Source: Nageia nagi | Lineage: Eukaryota > Plantae > Pinophyta | Direction of reading: 5' to 3' | Length of the DNA stretch: 64,000 bases | Assembly (NCBI GenBank): GCA_050084985.1 | Contig: JBITNC010000001.1 | Span: 145,886,001-145,950,000, forward strand | Part shown: piece by piece, positions 13,174 to 26,427 of the stretch | How positions within the stretch are numbered: the first letter of the stretch is position 1 | Layout of the letters: each line of letters opens with the position of its first letter | Notes under the pieces: model-generated | What the model was told of the DNA's origin: nothing | Seen by the model: only the letters and a program-made list of their open reading frames with translations | Database searches by the model: none | Translations under genes and position numbers: made by a program

Positions 13174-16100
13174 ATGTCAACTTCTAATGTTGGCACCCCA
13201 GCTACTGTAGCATTGTACAATTTTAAGAATCTTATTTGCCCCCAAATTTTATATATTATTACCACTCATGTATGTGAAATTAGTTGGCTGCAAGAATTTG
13301 GCCTTATATCATTAGTTTCAATGGGCATATTTCTCAATGCAATTATAAACTTGTTTGATAATGAAAATTCAACTGTTACAATGAAAGATCATGGTAAACC
13401 TCTTTTATTCTCTATTAAACCCTCTGATGTATATAGGTTGATATGTCTTCTATATAAGCATGCTAAGGAGCTTATCATTATGAACATAAATTTATTAAAT
13501 GATATAGATAAATGACATCTAGAAATAAACTATGGCATCCAAGTGGGATGTTTGATAGATGAAATACTTTTTAAATTATCATATCTCATTTTAATTTATT
13601 ATAATTCAAATAATTACTTTTATTTTCTAATGTATATTTTGTAATTTGCTTTAGTTTCCTACCATAATTGATGATTTATTATGATTCTTTGTAGTTAGCT
13701 ACAATCCCTCTAGAAAGGGCATCAATATACAAGATGTTTAGAACCCTTTCCTGAAGGTTATGATTGAGTTCTTCCATGCAAGAATAGTTTTATATTGTAA
13801 AGCATTGGATATTTTATTTTAGGGGCTTTTCTACATTATTAAATGTATTGAGCAAAAAAAATTTGATTGGAGCTCTTACATTAAAAATAGGATCAAACTT
13901 GATATTTACACTTTAAAAATATCAATGTCTTAAAATGTCTACTTGTCCAAGTAAAATTATTTGCTTGCATTATATTATGAGGCTCTTTATGGCCTACAAA
14001 ATACCCCACCTCCAACAATTGTTCATGGTTAGCTAAAATCATTGACACTTACTAGAGAGGAAGTGCATATAATATAATCTCTCTTTTTTAATTGGTGTAT
14101 TAAAATGATAATTGTATTATTGAATTGAAGAACATAGTTAAAATGATTTATGATTCATTCAAATTTTTGTTTATTTTTAATGTAGAGGAAAGTACCAAAT
14201 TGAAACTTTTGCACATAGGTTGCAATAAGAGGAACATAGCTCAAAGATTTTAGATATTCCCTAGGGGAAATTGGTATACCTTGATTAAAGAAATCTTCAA
14301 AGAAGTGTAGGAAAAATGCACAATTCATATTAGATTCTCTTGATAATTTTGCTATGTCATACCATAGTCATAGCCCATCTCCTTTAACTAAATAAAATAC
14401 TAAAATAAATATTGATCATGATGATGATAAATTTGAACAATTACCATAAAAAAGTACTTCTATTCTAGGTAATCATACTTTCTTTGAACAAAGAAAAACT
14501 TAGTGTGCAAATGAATGATGGTCTATGAGATTGCACTGATAATCATCTATTAGATAACATAGACAATTGTTAGTGAGACTGCACTAATGATGTTTTATGT
14601 GATGATATTAATGCTCATATATACAATGATACTAATGATTATTTGTATGATGATCATTTGTATGATGAAACTGATGATTGTTTATGTAATGACATAGATG
14701 ATCATTAGTGAAATTGAACTAATGATCGTTAGTGAGATTACACTAATGATCATTAGTGAGATTTTATTGATGATCATCTATATGAGAAAAGCCTACCATT
14801 TATTCATATCAAGTTTATTATTTTAGTTTCTAAATATTTTTTAGAATTATTCATTGATTACAAATACAAATATGTCTTCAACTCCACCACCAATAGTGCA
14901 AGTAACATAGGCACAACCCCCTTCCACACAAGTCTTGGAGCTAGATGGTATGCAAATTAGTCTTATGTGAATACCTTCAAACCATTTTCTATTTCTTATT
15001 ATATAAATTATGGTATGTAATAATTAATCACATAAATGTAAAATTTTTAAAGTGAGAAAACCAAATATTTCAATTCCTTAGAAGCAACTTATTATTTTTT
15101 GAGAAGTGCTTCCACCCCTATTCCTCCTATGAGAGGCTAAGTGCAAGTACAAGTAAGAGGAAAACAAATTACACTAGATATTTTATAGAATATTTAAACT
15201 AGTGGTAGGGCTACATTGATTTTAAGAGGGAGAAGTAGAATAATAATCAAATTGAAAGATCCTAACCAATAAAATATTTCAACAATTAGTGACATTCCAA
15301 ATTTCACTTTATCAAATGTAAATTTAGTGACATGTAATACAATAGATCATTGTACACTAGAACTTGATGAGGATTACCTAAAGAGAATGGTAGAAGAGTA
15401 AGGTACCATGCATGGTGATGGAATAGGGAAAGAGAGTCAACATCAAGATACTGTAAGCCATAAGCATCTATACCTAGTAACATAAAAAACTATGATTGGA
15501 ACTACAACCATAAAAGAAGAGGAAGAATATTTAGATCCACCTATTTTAGTTGATAATCTAATTTGCTATAATGTGGTGGCAACACTTAGGAATGTTGTTG
15601 TTCTTCTAAATATTTTGAGTACAAAGATATAGGAATTTTATGCAAAAGTACTATTTAAAGGAATCAATGAAAGATTTTCAAAATATAATAAGATAAAAAA
15701 GATATTTTCAGAGAAGGAAAATTCTTTAGAGAAGATTGTGGCATATTTTAAAGTGACCACATTAGGAAAGATAAAATTTGCTTTCCTATATGCAAATATT
15801 TGTATCAATAACATTTTAAACAAGTTAGAAACTTTAAATGATAAGACCTAAGCCTATTACAACACTTGTAACACTGACATACAGAAGGTTAAAATTACCA
15901 GAGATACAAAAGATGTAGCGAAGGTAAGAATTTTGTAAGTAATTTAATAGTCTATACAATGTACATTATAGTTTCATTTTTTGATTTTTTTCAAATTTTA
16001 GTTTTCATATCTAAATATGGTCTTTACCCTTATTTTTTAGTTCAACATTAATGACTTGAAAAAATAAGTAAACAACTTGGTTGTTCAAGTTGAAAAGGAA

Positions 16101-16442
16101 AGGAAGAGCTTGGTATATGCAACCATGATGAAGGAGAAGCTCCTTAAATATTTGAAGGATAATAACACATTGAAATTATTGATAAAAGAGCATAATATGG
16201 AATACCACATTCTAATGAAGCAAAAAGAAAAGGGAACTCAAGCTATAGAGATACTAGGGAAGGATGGAGGGAAAGAGTTAAGAAGCTTAGTTCTAACTTT
16301 GGATACTACACAAAGAGGAGTAATGATATTAGCAGAGTTGGGTTCAACATCCCAACTGACATTTGTTGAAGATACTACTCTTGAAGATGAGATTGAAGAG
16401 ATTGTTAAAGAAATTATTGAAAACAAAGAATTTAATATTTAA
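13174..16442 (+). pseudogene. Decayed, probably spliced, second gene inside the hAT element; unknown product with an acidic coiled-coil-like C-terminus
   Basis: ORF remnants 13159-13515 and 16077-16442, intervening protein-like text (KKFDWSSYIKNRIKLDI at ~13855; NCSWLAKIIDTY at ~14018), and an apparent intron gaag|GTAAGA (~15924) ... tttttAG (16040). Confidence 0.55.
14525..14785. repeat. Internal ~23-bp-period array (actaatgatcgttagtgagatt-like)
   Basis: Repeated ctgatgat/ctaatgatc units with the same core as the subterminal motif. A similar array lies at ~16805-16945. Confidence 0.75.
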
Positions 16443-17289
16443 ACATTGAGTGGGAAGTTTGAATCTTTTTTCATAAGAACTTTTACAAGGTATTTTTAAT
16501 TTTAGAAAGGATTATAGTACTTTTTTATTTTTTAGAATTATTAATGAAGTAAGAAAGTTTTTTTTGAATCATTACCATTATTTTAAGATATTGAATAATT
16601 GAAATGAATAGTAATATTAATGACTCATGAGATAAAGTATTTTCAGTATGAGCAAGTATGTTCTTAATTATTGAAAACTATTAGAATTATAATTTATTTT
16701 TTTAGAGGCATATTGTTGTAATCATTTAATATGTAGCCAAGTATTTTCTTTGAATGATAGCATTTGCAAGTACTATTCAAATGTAGAATATCATCAATGT
16801 ATAAATACAAATGATCATTTATTCAAGATACTGATGATCATCTATGTGAAGACACTGATGATAATCTATGTCAAGATACTAATGATCATCAATGTATTGA
16901 CACATATGATCATCTATATTTATACATTGACAATCATCAGTGTATTCATAAGCTAAATTCAAAAGCTAACATGTTAGAAAATTTTATAAAGGATTGAATT
17001 ATTAATAAGAATCAAGATTTAAGATGCATACATTCATCACAAAAATTTTAATAACATTAAAAAATTTAATCAAAATTAATAAATGTCAAATACAATATCT
17101 ATATAACATTGTTAAAAAAACCACATTCATTTCCTTCCAAATATTGAATAATCTAGGAAATTCCTAACAAATTACACTACAGGTTATAGTAAAAATGAAA
17201 TTTTAATTATAGTCGTGGTAGCTAGAAAATGTTCATTAGAGAAATAGTTCCATTTGTGTGAGCATCTAAATCTTCTGAGACATTCATAA

Positions 17290-20180
17290 TGTGATCTATG
17301 AAGGTATCCTCATCTTCATTTTCATTTATTTTATTTATGCCCCTTCTCTCACTAAATGGTTTTCATAATGGTATTTCTCTATCATAAGGAAAAAATTTCA
17401 ATGTATAATGTGAGATATAAATTTTCAAACAACTTTCAATACTTTTTTACAATCTATTTCATGTTTTTAAGGTAACATACTACAAAGCACTAAAAACCTA
17501 TTCATCCTCCATGAAACCCAAAATTATTATTTAACATAGTTTGTATAAATTAAAATACCCAAATGTTGAATCTCATAGAATACCACTTGGATATAGTTTT
17601 TTCCACAATCATTTTATGGAACCAGGCTCTATTGGATTCACTAATTCTTTAAACTAATGAACCATTATCAAGCCAAAAGTTCCATATTTTTGAATCATAT
17701 TCTTTTTTTCTATAATCCCTCTTATGTTTACACCATTTACTTCAATAGTTATTCCCAAATGAGTTACAATATTTTCCATATGTTTATTAAAAAATTTACT
17801 TATATTATTGTCATCCAAAATTAGATTTCAACTATTTAGATATACTATAGCCATAGCTTCAAGCAAATCATCTCTATAAAATATTTCTCTAATTTCTCTT
17901 ATTAATGTATCTGCAATGCTTCTTAGCTTAATCCTTGATTCTTGTAAAATTATTTCAAATATGGCATGTGTCATGGGAACTTTTTCAAATTCAATTTCAG
18001 GGGATGATGCCACACCATGTCTTTAAAAATAATATATATAGGAATATCATTTACATTGACATTGATACAAATTTGGTTAACAATATTGAATCTAATTTTT
18101 TTTTTAGATTTTTCACATTTGTCAAAGAATTCCAATTCTAATATAATGGATCTATAAAATTTGTTTCATACAACCTATCAATAGTATAGCATAATCATTT
18201 CCTTTCACTTATGAAATCAATTATATATATAGATATTTCTTGAACAATCTTAATCAATTTGTTTATTTCATGTACATTGGTATCATTCCACATAATATTA
18301 ATAATATTTCCAATTTTTTCATACGATATAATAAATCTTTGGCTTTATCAATACCTTTTGAGTTACAAGCTTCTTTCATTCTATGTATTATTAGCAAATG
18401 GGGTTATCTAAAATGTTTTGTAAATAAGTAAGCATGTATACATACCCAAGATGTGCTATCTATTGTAGTTACCTCATCAATTGATAAATAAATACATCTT
18501 GTATTGTGTCATAATTATGGTACGAATTTTATCACAATTTTATTTTTCTTCCATCATCTTATTAAATTCAACTTAATATTTCTTATGGAAATATTTAGTG
18601 TTATCCTTTACGATTTGCACTTTTCTAACTATCCTATATTGATTTATTATTTTCACATATATCTTTCAACAATGTTTTTCAATTGTATCATATTTAATTT
18701 GCATCTTTTGTTCCCTTCCTAATTTACATGAATAAATATTAAATTTACATTATATTTTCAAATCACTATTCTAGGGAATCACCAGGATAATGAATGAAAA
18801 CCATAATGATCATTCTTCCTTAAATAATCTACCAATAGACCAGAGTAAAAGTAAGAAGTTGAGTCCACTTAAAAGAGAAAATCAATGAAGTTAAAATTAA
18901 ATTTAAAAAAAAAATAATATCCTAATTTTTATAAATTAAAATTAGGATGTTGATTTAGGTTTAGGATCCCAATAAATATCAAGATCCTAATATTTAAAAC
19001 TAAAATAATATAAATATCAAGATTTTGATATTTGAATCTTTGATTTCACCTTAGATTTAGGCTCAAAAAAGGCTTGGTGAGCCAACACTTAGCCTTGAAC
19101 CTAAAAGTATATGTTCATGGTAATGCTAATGGAAAATATTAATTTCAAGCATACATTTGATGGAGTTTTTGGTAGATTTGTTTACATGAGATTGAAAACC
19201 ATTTTATATTATAGACTGTACATTTTAATTATGTAATTTTTTTACAATTTGATAAGATTTTATATTTTTAATTATTTTTAATAAAAATGGTCTATATACT
19301 TGAAATACGAGGGTCTAGTATTTTCTTAAAAAGCTTTTTTTTTTGGGAGTTATGAAAAAAAAAATAGGAACAAGTTTCACAAAATTCTCTATAAGAATAA
19401 AAAAAGAATTTGAAAAAAGATTAAGTTTAGATCAAATTATGTTGGACAAACATAAGCACTTTTTAAAACCATAAATATGTTTAGTATAAAATTAATAAAA
19501 AAATATATTGATGTAAAAATTATGCAAAAATATCCAAGATAAGATCTAATATGTTAGGTGTATTTTTCTAAAAGGATTTTTTTTTATCAAATTATATGGA
19601 TGGCTACGGTAATTTTTGTTCATCCTATCAAATATGAAATTCTATAATCTAGGTATTAGAATAATTTATATATTTTAAAACTAGAATATGCATACTACAT
19701 TTTAATCAAAATGATCTTTTTCATGATTCTATATCTAAGTGCTTCAAATTTTGAGATCAATCATACCCAAACTTGAAAATCAAAGAAAACACTTACACTT
19801 TTTACCCTTAAAGTGGACCCAACTTCTTACACCTACCCATCAATGAATTTTTTTATTTTTATTTTGAGAAGCACTTATTGTGAATTTTATTTTTTGGTGA
19901 TTATTTGTTTCTTTATCAAATTTAATTTATGAATTTCTATCAAAGTGTTAAGAGCTATGGTAGCCATCTTGGGTGCATGTTCTATGTTGTTATGGTTCAT
20001 AATATTATTATTATCAAGCATATCATCATCAAATATATCTTCAAGTGGTGGTACATTAGGATCAATAATATTTTTAAAAATATCCTCAAGTGGTGGCATA
20101 TCAGGATCAACGATACTTTCTAGAATATCCTCATGTAGTGGTAAATTGGAACCAAATATATTTTTTGTATACAAGTACAT
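17290..20180 (-). pseudogene. hAT transposase (ZNF862/C17orf113-like type), decayed and interrupted by a MITE
   Basis: Minus-strand remnants: KYDTIEKHC (~18680), DEVTTIDSTSWVCIHAY (~18430-18478), DDLLEAMAIVY (ORF 17828-18013), and the dimerisation-like GFMEDE*VFSAL*YVTLKT*NRL (~17450-17520). The N-terminal PPLEDI-repeat ORF 19887-20180 is assigned to it by position only. Confidence 0.85.
18843..19838. mobile_element. ~1-kb non-autonomous TIR element (MITE-like), copy A
   Basis: Left GAGTAAAAGTAAGAAGTTGAGTCCACTT vs reverse complement of the right end GGGTAGGTGTAAGAAGTTGGGTCCACTT. Flanks acca/atca (4-bp TSD, one transition). Homologous in reverse orientation to 32678-33692. Confidence 0.85.
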
Positions 20181-20389
20181 TCCTAATCATATGATGACTA
20201 AAATAGAATTTAACTATTGATATGTAAAAGGAAAATAATAAAGCATTATATAAACGAAACTTGTAACTATTACGTTGCAAGATGCCAATGCTTGCCCATG
20301 CATAAAATATTTTCTAATTTCTTTTTTTGTAGGTGAATTATTGCATTGCTTGTACTTCAATTTTTTAGTATATGCCATTCCTTAGAGAT

Positions 20390-20875
20390 TAGCATCTACA
20401 ATCCATTAGAAAAGGGCATCTATAATCCCTCATAAATGAGTGCTTGTAATGCCACATAGATGAGTATCTATAATATTGTATAGATGAGTGTCTACAATAT
20501 TGCATAGATGAACATCTGCAATATTTCACATATGAGTATTTGAAATCCTACACTAATGAGTGTTTGCAATCTCATACTAACGAGCATCTGAAATCCTACA
20601 AAGATAAGTGTCTACAATCCCATAGTGATGAACATTTAGAATTCCACATAGATGAGCATCTATAATCCCATATAGATGAGTGTATGCAATCCTATATAGA
20701 CAAGCATTTGCAATCCTATATAGATAATCATATGCAATATCATGTAGACAAGCATCTACAATATCATATAGATAAGTATGTATGATCACTCACATAAGAG
20801 CATCTAGATTTCTTGGTTGTTGAGTGTATGCAATCCCTTACAAATGAGCATCTATAATCACTCATATACAAGTGT
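20390..20875. repeat. Right subterminal ~24-bp-period tandem array (gatgagcatctacaat...)
   Basis: Consecutive units gatgagtatctataatattgtata / gatgagtgtctacaatattgcata / gatgaacatctgcaatatttcaca and so on. Confidence 0.88.
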
Positions 20876-23800
20876 CTTAGAGAACTTGAAAATTTGAAAT
20901 GTTGGTATATCTAATCAATCTCATAAACTATATATATAGAGTATAATTGATAATTTTTTCTTGGCAAAATTTTTTATTTTTATTTTCAAGGTGATTGTTT
21001 AAAAAAATATAGGAGGTAAGGTGGCTATTTGCACTTATCTTTATAAATAAAATAAAATATTGGTGAGCAAAGCCATAATCTTTTTGTTTTGAAAAATTTG
21101 ACCTAAATGGTACATTATCCAAGGTCTGAATTTTTGAAATATTTAAACATTAAAAAACTTATACTAGATGATTGATGCATATTTTTTGTTATGCATAATG
21201 CTGATCTTAATTAGTAATTATTGCTATCCATACTTATGTCACCAAAAACTTCTCTTAGAACTATAAATTAAATATGGAAATCCACCCAAACTAATTACAT
21301 TGTACGCATACTCTTTGAGCTTTGGAAGCTCATTTTCAAATCAATGGCCAATCATGAAATAGTTTTAACCTTTGGATTTAATTTTTAATTTTTTTAGTTT
21401 TTTATTTTATTTTACATAGCCACGTGTGCTACCAATATACTAATGTTGCATATTCTCATACAATATCTTTTAACTAATCATTTAATTGATAAATAAGACA
21501 TATTATCTAATATAAAAAATTTATAATCAATATTTAATGAATTAAATAATATTGAAAATAAATTTACCATAATAACATGTGTTATAAATTATAATTATAA
21601 TTTGTAAAAAATGATACTTCAATATCATACTTTGAAATAGATATGAACTTATTTGTATTGAACACTTTTAGTTAGTATATTATTATTTAATTTCATTTGT
21701 AATTATTGTATATAATATTTTTTATTTGATTGAATATAACATTTTCCATTTGAATTTTAATATTTCTTATGTCAATGTTATTTTGTTTTCTAATGATATA
21801 TTTAAAAAAAATGTAGTTCAACATTTATCTTACTATTTACTTTATCCTTCATTTGATTGAATGTAATATTCTTTCTTGTGAAGAATATAAAAAATATTTT
21901 TTTAGATTACAATTCTTATAGGTGTAAACATATAATTAATGTCGTATGATTACAAAAAAGATTATATTTACAATAAAAATATATTTTCACAATCAATTAG
22001 GTCAAATTAGAATTATTATTTTTGATAAAATATTTTTACTAATACTACATACTTATATTTTACTATTATAACTATTAGCTTATAACTTAACAACAATTAT
22101 TATTCTTTAATACTTTTGAAACTAAAAAATTATTGATATGTGCATAATGATATGCTTTTTTATTTTCTTCTCAAAATGTCTTTACAAATCAATATAATTT
22201 TTCACAATTAATTTTGGATTATTATGCTTATATTATTATTATTATTATTATTATTTTAGTTTTTTTAAATTATTATTATTTATTTTATGATCACGTAAAT
22301 TGTTAAGATTATACATAAAAAGAATTTATAGGATCTTCAATAATTGATAAATAATTTATATTCATTAGTTTTTAGAGATTACATATAAATATTTATTTTT
22401 TGACTCATACACAAAATTTAGAGTAAACAAATGCATAGTCAAATATTTATGAAATGAAATTTTATTATAATATTATGAATTTCAACTATTACATTACAAT
22501 ATAAAATTTTCATGTATTCACTTTGTTAATATGGTATTTGCATGTTATTTTACTCTAGTAATTTGTAATCATATTAGTAGAAAATATAATAATAAAATAA
22601 AGTATCCACATATGATATATTCTCTTAATATTGCATAAGGACAATCCACATAACATCTTAGTGGATAGAAATTATATTATAACTATTGAAATGTATTAAA
22701 AACCATAAATATGTTGCATCATATTTGTATCATAGTAAAATATGAAGATTGCTCCCTTAATCATTATAAGTTGCAAAATTTTGAAGATTGTGCAAGAATA
22801 TAATGTCACATTTCTTCATGTATAATTTATATGGGAAAGAAAAAAGCATAAAATTCATACTAACTTTATCAAACTAACAATAAAACTAAAATATGTATTA
22901 CAATATAATCATAAAGTACTATGTTAAGTTATTAAAATTATTTAGGTAAGTAAAATTTTTAATTGATATTTTATATTATAAAAGATTTGATTTTTTATTC
23001 TATATAATTATTAAAACTTTTTATAATGCTTTGATGATTTTTTTGTAATTAGAATAGAATAACCTAAAAAAATATGTACAATAAGATTTAAAAATAAACT
23101 AATGAATTTTAGAATTCATATAATCTCTTAATACAATTCTTAATAAAGAAAAGTTTTCAATCAAGACATTCAAATATTTTAGTTTTATTTATCTATGACA
23201 TTCATAACACATAATTTAACTCTTGTTGATATAAAGAGATGAAGTTCTCAAAAGATATTTATTTTTGTAAAGTATGCACAAAGTGAAAAAATTGCATTTG
23301 ATAAATTACTTCTCTTGATAATAACTTTTTATATTTAATAAGTTTAAACTCCATATATAAATTTATTAATATGATTTGTAATATATTTTGAAGTATAATT
23401 AAGATATAAAATATAATGCATGACAATAATGTTACCTATCTAGTATAGAATATAGATTATTATTAAAAATAAATTGTACAGTATAATAGTTAAATAAACA
23501 AAATGATTAATATGACCATATAGAAATAGGATGACCATAATTAATTTATTAAAATATATTCAAATCTTTCCATATTATAATAGATCATCCATTATTCATT
23601 TACACCCTTTAATATAATTGTATGGAGGGATTTTAGCAATTAAAGAATAATAACCTTGTTATTATTTGACATATGTCAAATAAATATCAATTCTTTAATG
23701 AATATATCAATTTGAGAAGGTAATAACTATGATAATTATATCAAATTTCTTGGTTATCATTTTCCCATGATATGAGTAGGAAGATACACATAAAGAAAAA

Positions 23801-24315
23801 TAAAAATACTACTCATAATCAACCATCAAATGTTATAATATATAAATATTATATTATTAATATGATAATGCATTATTATATTTTATAAAAAATAAATTAT
23901 TGATATAGTTAGTTAAATGTAATTTTCATTTTAACTATATCAAGCTAAATATAGATATTTTTAAATATACATATTATAATATGATTGCACATAAATACTA
24001 AACATAAAATGGATTTTAGATAATTTTAAAATCAGTATTACCATATGTAATAAAATAGCATGTATGTGGATGATTAATTTTTCTCTAAGGAGAAAATCAA
24101 TATACAATTAAAATATAATTCATTTTCTACACATGTCCCTTATCTAGTTGAGGTGCTATATTATACCTTTATATACCTTTGAATCTAGGATAGCCTACAA
24201 CACCTTGACTTAGCCAAAATAGGCTTATTTATATGTTAGCAATACTCTCTATCCTCAAAACACTATGAATGATTCTAAGTTACCATTTGTAATTAAGCAT
24301 TAATGCTTGAGGTTT

Positions 24316-24318
<3 letters not shown>

Positions 24319-24360
<42 letters not shown>
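24319..24360. repeat. (CT)n microsatellite
   Basis: Directly visible. Confidence 0.98.
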
Positions 24361-24362
<2 letters not shown>

Positions 24363-24749
24363 ACTATGAAAACATGAGATACAAAAAATCATCCATCTAC
24401 ATATTGTATTCTTTTTGGTAAGCAGGTGATTAATCTTACATTATAGCTTTGGGATGAGTACCTACTTTAGTGTCATCATATATCTTCAACTCCCTTTTCT
24501 CAACCTTATAGAGTTATTCTGCCTAAGATATAGTGACCAACATTATATAAATGTAACTCCCTAACTAAAATGTAATTGAACCACTAGCAGGATCAAAGTA
24601 GGAGCAAAGAACGTACCAATGCTATGAATACTAACCTTAAATTTTTAAATATTGAGAGGTAAGGAAAAGTATTGATTTGTACTTATTTCATATATCCTCA
24701 TTAACCTTCTTGAATATTGATACCATAGTCTCTCCTCCTGCTCTTCTTT

Positions 24750-26427
24750 CTATGATGTATTCATATTTCCCTTTAGCTTGCTACTAGTTACTTGCCTACA
24801 AGTTTCTTACGAGTTGTAGACATAGTAATTTTGGGATTATATTTTCTATGTTTTGTATTTAATAAAACTTTTACATAAGATTTCTTTAGTATAATTTTGT
24901 ATTACTAGTCTCTTATTTTGTATTTTTAACTTGTTCATATTTTTTGAATGCCCATAAGTTCTTAAATTAATTTGAATATGCTAATGTTTGATTTTTAGTA
25001 CACAAGGTATATGTTTAGGCTTCATTTCCATGTGTAAGAATTCTTTAGGAATACAAATAAGTTATATTTGATAATGATAGTTGGTTACTCACATGGGAGA
25101 GTTATATTTACATTGTAGGCATTTTCATTAGAGAGGGAGAATGCATAATGTTGAATCGATGATTGTCAATCATTTTTTGACCATGTATAATGATGAAAAT
25201 TCTTTGGAGTATCAATTTATTATGCCATATGTCAATTAGCTTTATGTGGATACTAAGGATGTCTACACTACTAGCAACATGGATAGTTGCCATTATTCTC
25301 GGGTTGTTGGAAAATATCCTATCCACCTTACCTAACATTATCAAATTCCAATCCAAAAGATATTTAGAAGAGGATTAGATATTGTAATGGTGAGTACATT
25401 AATATATGTGTACATAAAATATGAAACATAGAGAATGCATGCAAATTATTTGCTAAGATACATGCAATAGTTATAGCCTCATGATGCATAGAGATTTACA
25501 TGCAATAGTTATAGCCTCACAATGCATAGAGATCACAAAATATGTATAACACAAGAGACTCTTAAGTAGGTACAATTTTCAAGAGTAAAGTCCAAATTCA
25601 CAACCTTTGTCATATCCTTCCAATGTGCACCATGGTGGAAATTCTAGAAGAAGGTGTAGAAATCCTTCAAAGAGTGGTTGTAAATAGTCATACAAATAGA
25701 ATAACATATTTATGTGTTCTACTTGCAAATAGCTGAGAATGACTAGTAGATGGTTGTTGTAGAGACTATTATTATAATTATTCCTAGGTAGATTATTATA
25801 TATGTATTGTTGATCACCTTTTTATATGTAGTACACTAAATTAGGTGTGTAATGAAGTCTTCTTGGTACATGTACACCACTTATGATTGTAGGAGCACAT
25901 ATTACATGCCAATAATTATTTTTGTTGGAGAATAAATATACTCCATCATATGTTCTCCTTTCAAATATTTCTATTAGAGTGGAAAATGAGGATGATGTTC
26001 TAAGTAAGGACATTGATGAAAGAAAAAGGAAATAAGAATACTCTTGTATGTATTTAGATTAAAGTTGACAAAGTATTCACACTTTTGTTATAGGGGATAG
26101 ATTGAGCACATGAGATCTATGGTGATTTGAAGAAACTATCAAGTAAGATGAAGGTAGTGGATTATATTTCCAAATACAATAACTATATTAAATGATATGG
26201 AAGCTAAAGATAAATAATTCCTTAGAAAAGTTGGCAATTAAGTTCAAGTTATTAAAGACTCTGCTAGAAATATTACTAAGTTTATGTAGAACCTTCGACT
26301 ATGTAATGACTATAGTTCTGCAACCAATTTTATCCCTAGGACTATTGCAAGGAACATTGCTATGAGGGATACAAATCAATTTCTTCATTACAAACATGGA
26401 GAATATTCTTATGGGGATTATTGGTGA
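24750..26427 (+). pseudogene. PPR-E-DYW pseudogene (PLS class, RNA-editing-factor type)
   Basis: ILEEGVEILQRVV (~25640); HTFVIGDR..HEIYGDLKKLSSKMK (E+, ~26078-26153); EKLAIKFKLL (~26224); NLRLCNDYSSATNFIPRTIARNIAMRDTNQFLHYKHGEYSYGDYW* ending at 26427. The 5' boundary is approximate. Confidence 0.9.

Larger units (their letters stand above)
12457..21203 (-). mobile_element. hAT-superfamily DNA transposon, ~8.75 kb, decayed
   Basis: Left end caatgttatgcataa and right end ttatgcataatgctg are inverted 15-mers differing only by transitions. 8-bp TSD attttaat (12449-12456) / atcttaat (21204-21211), with a single atattaat at the empty site in copy 1 (5954-5961). Contains internal hAT transposase remnants and subterminal motif arrays. 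Confidence 0.9.

Noticed and set aside
20390-20875. Regularly spaced repeats resembling a CRISPR array
   Set aside because: The ~24-bp units are contiguous and degenerate, with no unique spacers and no cas genes. They lie subterminally in a hAT element.
25459-25534. 38-bp tandem duplication within the PPR-DYW pseudogene
   Set aside because: An ordinary slippage duplication with no sign of function.
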